From Eledone cirrhosa (Eukaryota): a stretch of 64,000 bases of DNA. The position numbers and the translations under genes are program-made. Numbering within the stretch: the first letter of the stretch is position 1; every line of letters begins with the position of its first letter. This document shows, piece by piece, positions 63,062 to 64,000 of the stretch. A model generated the notes under the pieces. It ran no database searches and was not told where the DNA came from. It saw only the letters and a list, made by a program, of their open reading frames with translations. The stretch covers positions 32,984,001-33,048,000 of the forward strand of contig OZ024757.1 of the NCBI GenBank assembly GCA_964016885.1, written 5' to 3'.

Positions 63062-63397
63062 TAAGACCAGCCAAGCGAAGAAGCTGGATGCATTTGATTC
63101 CAGATGTCTGCGAAAGATACTGGGGATTAAATGGAGTGACGATATAACAAACCAGGAAGTCAGGAACCGCACCAACCAGCAGCTAGTCTCTTCTACCATC
63201 TGCAAGCAATGCCTGGGCTGGTTTGGACACACTTTGAGACTTCGCCAAGTACTTAAATGGAGCCCACAGGGAAGTAGACGGAGAGGGCGACCCAAAATGA
63301 ACTGGCGCCATACAGTTGAGAGGGACTTGCGAGCGACAAACAGACTATGGCGGGACGCTGTGCAACTGGCTGCTGACCAAACGCGATGGAACACTAT
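63062..63397 (+). mobile_element. RTE-type LINE 3' fragment fused to a truncated tRNA-SINE (62907-63060)
   Basis: KKLDAFDSRCLRKILGIKWSDDITNQEV..WFGHTLR..GSRRRGRPKMNWR. Confidence 0.85.
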
Positions 63398-63590
63398 GAT
63401 TCTGAGTCGATTCTTCCTCTCTAGATCTCTTTCTCACTTTCTATCCTTCTCTAGAAGGAGTCTCTGGTCTGGGATGAGCTACACCAGGCTTAAAATGCCC
63501 AAGAATTGCCGTATGGCACTATGGTACCCCATGACTCCATCAAGAGTTACAGGTCCATGCCATACCACACCATGTATGTATGTGTGTGTG

Positions 63591-63649
<59 letters not shown>

Positions 63650-63829
63650 AAATGTGTGAAATCCTTTGTTCAATTAGGTATATTTAAAAAAAAGGAAAAG
63701 AATGACTTCACTCATAGTTCTAAGCAATTTGAATTAATTTTATATCATGATTTGACCAAATCATAATGTCATAAAATTAAATCAAATTGTTTAGAACTAC
63801 AAGTGAAGTCATTCATTTCCTTTTTTAAA

Positions 63830-63869
<40 letters not shown>

Positions 63870-64000
63870 TTATATAGATATATATCCGTGTGATGTTGAT
63901 GGATGTGATAATGCGTACACAATACCTAAGTAGAGTTTAAATATTCTTCATTATGGTTAAGTGATAAGTTTTGTTATTTGAGAGTTTCACAAGACAATAT

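Overview
AT-rich, microsatellite-saturated metazoan DNA. The SINE families and (TA)n load resemble an Octopus genome, which is an inference from repeat style. No host protein-coding gene can be supported, and almost all ORFs in the track are microsatellite or minisatellite artefacts. The only intact coding unit is a near full-length L1/Tx1-type non-LTR retrotransposon on the minus strand (~37149-43177; ORF1 with RRM-like region and CCHC knuckle, ORF2 with APE endonuclease, RT and C-terminal zinc finger), sitting between two (AAT)n tracts. The rest is TE debris: mariner relics, TTAA MITEs, a small Helitron, RTE, CR1, CRE and R4/Dong fragments, two tRNA-derived SINE families and several minisatellites. 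The most interesting non-coding signal is more than a dozen type I hammerhead-ribozyme (HHR) motifs of the Penelope-like-element kind. Four share an architecture with covarying stems, and many copies have become DNA palindromes folded at or near the ribozyme. Also notable: the (TAT)n-tailed SINE shares its 3' terminus with the intact Tx1, suggesting a SINE-LINE pair. All calls were made by eye and edges are approximate.
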